Source: Asterias amurensis
Lineage: Eukaryota
Direction of reading: 5' to 3'
Assembly (NCBI RefSeq): GCF_032118995.1
Contig: NC_092652.1
Span: 27,299,339-27,363,338 of the forward strand
DNA: 64,000 nucleotides
Shown one piece after another: positions 59,907 to 64,000 of the stretch. The notes under the pieces are model-generated. The model saw only the letters and a program-made list of their open reading frames with translations, was not told where the DNA came from and did not search any database. Positions within the stretch are counted from its first letter, which is position 1. Every line of letters begins with the position of its first letter. The position numbers and the translations under genes were made by a program.

Positions 59907-60320
59907 GTAAGTTAACCTAAAATCAGATTGGAGATCGATTAAGACTTATCCAGGAAAGCACAAAATTAGTTTCAATTTTATACAGGCTTACATTAGGGTA
60001 CACAAACTTGTTCCTTTTGGGCCCAATTAGGTTAAACCTAATTATTATTTTGTAATATTTTGGCAACGTTTGTTTAAAAAAAAGTTTCTTTGAGGCAATC
60101 CCTCAAGCTGGGAGTAGTTTCAAAACAAACTTCAACTTGTACTATTTAGTAGCACCAGAAATGAAACAGAAAATGAAGATGAAATTAGTAATGACAGAAA
60201 ATTAAATATTACCAGGTTCATCCCGATAGTCACATGATGCTTAACAATGAAAAAAGAAAGACAGTATGCGTTATTGGAAGATCTCTAAACAAATGTCATT
60301 TGAATCTTGATTAATCACAG

Positions 60321-60442
60321 TGCTGGAGGGATTTTGTCCGTCATTACCCAATCAACCAAAGAAAACCATTGAGATGTTTATGAGAGTCAAGAATGGATTT
60401 AGATCATTGACCAAAAACTTCAAAGTCAAGCTCAAATGGAAA
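60321..60442 (+). CDS. membrane protein gene, exon 6
   Basis: Acceptor gattaatcacag|TG, donor TGGAAA|GTAAGA. Encodes (L)LEGFCPSLPNQPKKTIEMFMRVKNGFRSLTKNFKVKLKWK. Confidence 0.65.
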
Positions 60443-60908
60443 GTAAGACGGATGCATGTTGTTGACTTTTGTCTCTTGCCGTTGTTAAATGCATGCTGCT
60501 ACCTTTGTTGTTGCTTTTGTGTCAGTTGTTGTATTGTTGTGAAATTTCTTGATCTAATAATTGACTATAAAGTGAAAAAATAAATGAAAAATGACTAATG
60601 GTTACATAGATACATTGCATGTTAAGTTATTTATCCAATGCATACAAATTTATTGTTTTCTAGTCATGAAGCTATATAGGACTATGTTCTTCTTATACAA
60701 TTTTAATTAAATTCTTAAAAACAAAACAGACCGAATATTGTCAGGCCTAATACTTCACTGAGGCAACAAAGGTGATAATTTATATTCCATACAATATTGG
60801 TGTTCCCTGATAAAAGATTCCCTGAAACAAGAACCAAAGAATCAAACCTGCATTATCGTTGACCTTAACCAAAGTTGTATTAAACACAAACCACTTTTTC
60901 TTCAACAG

Positions 60909-61066
60909 TCAATCCACTTTCCAGTACACCTTTTGAACACTACAGCAATTGAAGCCGTTGTTCGTAAAATGAACCATGAGATTCACATAAAGAAGCAATG
61001 GCTGGATGCTTTGGTTTTCATTGTTGAGGTTCTGCTCTCCTTCGCATTTGTTTTGGTGTTCATCAG
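60909..61066 (+). CDS. membrane protein gene, exon 7
   Basis: Acceptor ccactttttcttcaacag|T, donor CATCAG|GTAGGT. Encodes SIHFPVHLLNTTAIEAVVRKMNHEIHIKKQWLDALVFIVEVLLSFAFVLVFI (TM helix). Confidence 0.75.
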
Positions 61067-61204
61067 GTAGGTTGAGAATGACATGGCTGTTTATTTATAT
61101 GGGGAAAAGGGGCTTGATTTTCTCAAATTTTACACAAATAAAATTATCCAAATACCAATAGCGGATAAAAGTCTATTGCTTTCTCTGTCCAATTGTTTGG
61201 AAAG

Positions 61205-61367
61205 GTGGGGGATACTGCTTACATGTTTAAACTCAGCTATGAATTTCTTTTCTTGGCATACATTCAGTGCTAGCGGTTACAACACCAAGTACCTTAAAGA
61301 CATTGACTTTGATAATGTATACATGACGGCCTACTTCAGGAGGATTGATGCCCGTAGAAAAAAACAG
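61205..61367 (+). CDS. membrane protein gene, exon 8 (acceptor chosen to keep phase; a stronger-looking AG at 61235-61236 is phase-incompatible)
   Basis: Acceptor ttgtttggaaag|G (weak polypyrimidine tract), donor AAACAG|GTGAGT. Encodes (R)WGILLTCLNSAMNFFSWHTFSASGYNTKYLKDIDFDNVYMTAYFRRIDARRKKQ. Confidence 0.55.
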
Positions 61368-61451
61368 GTGAGTGGAAATAGAGAAGTGTAAAAATACAGC
61401 AACTTGAAATAATGTTTTGAAATTAAGAGCATATTATTCCTCTGCTTACAG

Positions 61452-61547
61452 AACAAGAGAACATTGCTTCCTTTGAAGAAAGCACAGAAATCAGACATCA
61501 TTGAGACAGTTCGTTGGAAGTTGAGAAAAGAAGAAAAAAAATCATCG
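61452..61547 (+). CDS. membrane protein gene, exon 9
   Basis: Acceptor ttcctctgcttacag|A, donor CATCG|GTCAGT; 84-bp intron upstream. Encodes NKRTLLPLKKAQKSDIIETVRWKLRKEEKKSS. Confidence 0.7.
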
Positions 61548-61600
61548 GTCAGTGTCATCTCTCAGAGTAGAGTTTCTCTTCAAGTTTCAATCAAGATTAA

Positions 61601-61985
61601 AGGAACACGTTGCTTAGGATCGGATGAGTTGGTCTTTGAAAAGCGTTTGTAACCCTTTTTTATAAAATGCATATGGTTGGAAAGATGTTTTAAAAGTAGA
61701 ATATAATGATCCACACAAGTTTGCCTCGAAATTGCATGGTTTTCCTTATACTGTGCGAACTATAAACACGGTCGGCCATTTATGGGAGTCTAAAATTTGA
61801 CTCCCATAAATGGCCGACCATGTTAATCGACGAGGTAAAAGGAGAACCGTGCAATTTCGAGGCATGTTTGTGTGGATCATTTTATTTTACTTTTACAACA
61901 TCTTTCTACCCACATGCATTTTATAAAAAACGATTACAAACGCTTTTCAAAGACCAACTCGACCGATCCAAGGCAACGTGTTTCT
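61601..61985. mobile_element. MITE family B copy with TTAA target-site duplication and an internal palindrome
   Basis: ttaa|AGGAACACGTTGCTTAGGATCGGATGAGTTGGTC ... GACCAACTCGACCGATCCAAGGCAACGTGTTTCT|ttaa. Internal ggccatttatgggagtctaaaatttgactcccataaatggccgacc. Confidence 0.75.
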
Positions 61986-62257
61986 TTAATATCAACTCAT
62001 TACTTTATAGATGACATAATTATTAAGATACTAACAAAACCTTGCTGTAAGCAAAGAAAGCCACAACATTCTGCAATAAAGATATATTGACGGCATCACT
62101 CGTAGAAAACAGTCTAATAAAATCATCAAAATTTATCTTCAGTGTTAAACCAATAACATGATTTGGTCAACTACAAACAAATATCCCAAGTAATTGCCTT
62201 TACTGTGGATAAACCCTTGTTGAGATATTGGATGTCAAGCTGTCGATTTAACAAAGA

Positions 62258-62570
62258 CTTAGGACTCGTCCTGCAGATGGATTTTGTGAAATCGATCCTA
62301 TGATGGGTCTTACAGAGGATCCAAAGGCTAAGGCACGGTCCCACTGCAGCGATAACGATAACGATAACGATAAAAAGAGAACGCATTCCATTGGTTGAAT
62401 GAGCGTGTGCGTATTCTGCGGGGAGCAATTCAACCAATAGAATGCGTTCTCTTTGCTTTGTGATCGTTATCGTTTTCGTTATCGCTGCAGTGTGACTCGG
62501 CCTTTAGACTCGTCCTAAAATCTAGGATGGATTCTAAGTTAGGAAGAGTTTTGTGAAATCAACTCCAGGT
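62258..62570. repeat. hairpin-forming inverted repeat (about 65-bp arms with (CGATAA)n and CCAAT motifs) flanked by ~40-bp direct repeats
   Basis: ctgcagcgataacgataacgataacgataaaaagagaacgcattccattggttgaat...attcaaccaatagaatgcgttctctttgctttgtgatcgttatcgttttcgttatcgctgcag. Flanks gactcgtcctgcagatggattttgtgaaatc / gactcgtcctaaaatctaggatggattctaagttaggaagagttttgtgaaatc. Confidence 0.75.
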
Positions 62571-62774
62571 CTTGAATCACTTACTCTGCATTTATCCAGT
62601 CAGACTTGAAATGCAACACACAAGTTAATAGTATGGTTGAACATGTCCTCCGCGGTACCCTCAAATACCATGCACTTGAGAGTATGATCTTTCTACAGTT
62701 TACCCCAGTTTTGAGAGACCCGTTCTGGAGTATATGTGTCATTATTGTACAATGAACCTCAATTTCTCCAACAG

Positions 62775-62901
62775 TTAATGGGTTTCATGAGACTCACCAT
62801 GCGATTAGTTGTGACCGTTGCCATGGTATTCTTTGACCATCTCTTCTTTCTCATGCTGGATCTAATTGCAAGAAATAGTCAATTGGACTACAAATTCAAA
62901 G
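62775..62901 (+). CDS. membrane protein gene, exon 10
   Basis: Acceptor caatttctccaacag|T, donor TTCAAAG|GTAGGT. Encodes LMGFMRLTMRLVVTVAMVFFDHLFFLMLDLIARNSQLDYKFK (TM helix). Confidence 0.75.
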
Positions 62902-63487
62902 GTAGGTGTACATACTGCCCCTAGTCTAAGAAGTGGCGAAGCAGACGGTTGTTATTGGGGGTGGGGGTGGGGGTGGGGGAGACATAATGTTGTTTTGGGG
63001 GTGGTGGTTGTTATTTAATTAGTTGAATTCATTTGTGCATAATGTACTCTAAAGCCTGGTTCATACTTCCTGCGAATGCGAAGCGAATGTTGACCCCACA
63101 AATTCGTAACAAATAATTCGCAGCAGTTGAACTCTGCTCGACTCGCTTGTGAATATCGCCGCAAAAGGAGGGTTGTGACGTCAAATTCAACCTCTCCCCA
63201 TTACTCGTCATCAAGAAAGGATTTATGCTAATAATTATTTTGAGTATTACCAATAGTATCCACTGCCTTCAACCAATGTTACAATGTATCAAAAAAAAAT
63301 CACATAAGTGTAGGGGCCTATCTCGCATATCAAATTATCAAGATAAAGTGATCTCAACAAAAATAAAAAAGAAGTAGATGACACATCTGAGATGTTGCTC
63401 ACGATGTAAAAATGAACAACAGCTTTACATCAACGCTAACTTCCCTCTATCAGGTTGGTTTTACTCGTCACATTTATTTTATTGCAG

Positions 63488-63604
63488 GGGAGCATAGACT
63501 AGAAGTAAAAGTTGAAGGAACAGGAATCGTTGCCCAAATGTTTAGAAAAGTTCTCTCATCATTTAGCCAGCAACACAGCATATCTACAATTGCAACAAAC
63601 AAAC
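63488..63604 (+). CDS. membrane protein gene, exon 11; gene continues or terminates shortly after
   Basis: Acceptor tttattttattgcag|GG, donor ACAAAC|GTAAGG. Encodes (G)EHRLEVKVEGTGIVAQMFRKVLSSFSQQHSISTIATNK. A phase-compatible acceptor at 63691 would give a short terminal exon ending ..NSLEAETTKSNTGDQALHSEMEI*, with low confidence. Confidence 0.65.
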
Positions 63605-64000
63605 GTAAGGGATTGTGTTTATTAGATTGATTGAACACAAAGATTTTGCCACAACACATTGTAAACCATTACAACGTGCTCTGTATAGACAACAGTCTTG
63701 AAGCCGAGACTACCAAGTCCAATACCGGAGACCAAGCTCTCCACTCTGAGATGGAGATTTAGACCTCAATCTAAGGGGGAGACCGGGATTGACACCTTCT
63801 CATCGAGACCAAGACAGGGGACCAACACCTCAGACAGTACTGTGAAAAAAAAGGGGAACAAAATCAAAACTAACTTTCTTGATTTTGTTTAATGCTGAAC
63901 TGCTGAAAGCTTGGCTCAGTCTTCACTACGATTGTAACATGGCCACTAATTGGACTTTGGACTAAACAAAAATAAGGCCTTGACACAAAACCCCCCCGAG

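Noticed and set aside
63698-63892. 64-aa ORF as the next exon of the membrane-protein gene
   Set aside because: Its frame is incompatible with the 1-nt phase left by exon 11. With the only nearby acceptor (63691), the compatible frame terminates after 24 codons.

Overview
The window is AT-rich eukaryotic (metazoan) nuclear DNA, not prokaryotic, so there are no operons, CRISPR arrays or defence islands. Most of the sequence is intron filled with transposable elements and satellites, plus three host genes.

(1) The largest feature is a type I phosphatidylinositol-4-phosphate 5-kinase (PIP5K1-like) gene on the minus strand. I reconstructed 13 phase-consistent coding exons from the ATG at 52659 to a stop at 17380, with canonical AG/GT boundaries throughout. 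The encoded protein matches vertebrate PIP5K1A/B motifs as I remember them. One exon (27816-28116) carries a single-base +1 frameshift.

(2) A divergently oriented plus-strand gene encodes a multi-pass membrane protein. It has 11 phase-consistent exons (55716-63604) and continues past the window end.

(3) A CpG-rich block at 53420-53900 lies between the two divergent gene starts and is a candidate shared promoter.

(4) The probable last coding exon of a CaMKI/DCLK-like protein kinase sits on the plus strand at 6321-6533, convergent with the PIP5K1 3' end.

Mobile elements and repeats:
- The internal gag-PR-RT-RNaseH region of a Ty3/Gypsy LTR retrotransposon on the minus strand (1-3504, running off the window).
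- Two non-LTR retrotransposon fragments: an RTE/jockey-like RT fragment and a CR1-like 3' end.
- A tRNA-Asn(GTT)-derived SINE family that occurs as inverted dimers.
- At least two other tRNA-related SINE families.
- Two TTAA-flanked (piggyBac-like) MITE families, one nested inside the other.
- A MITE family with GCGATAACG termini, including a 74-bp perfect palindrome.
- A hAT-like foldback element with about 215-bp terminal inverted repeats.
- Several hairpins and mini/satellite arrays with 16-, 24-, 27- and 120-bp units.

Limits: all homology statements come from my memory of protein families. No database search was possible.
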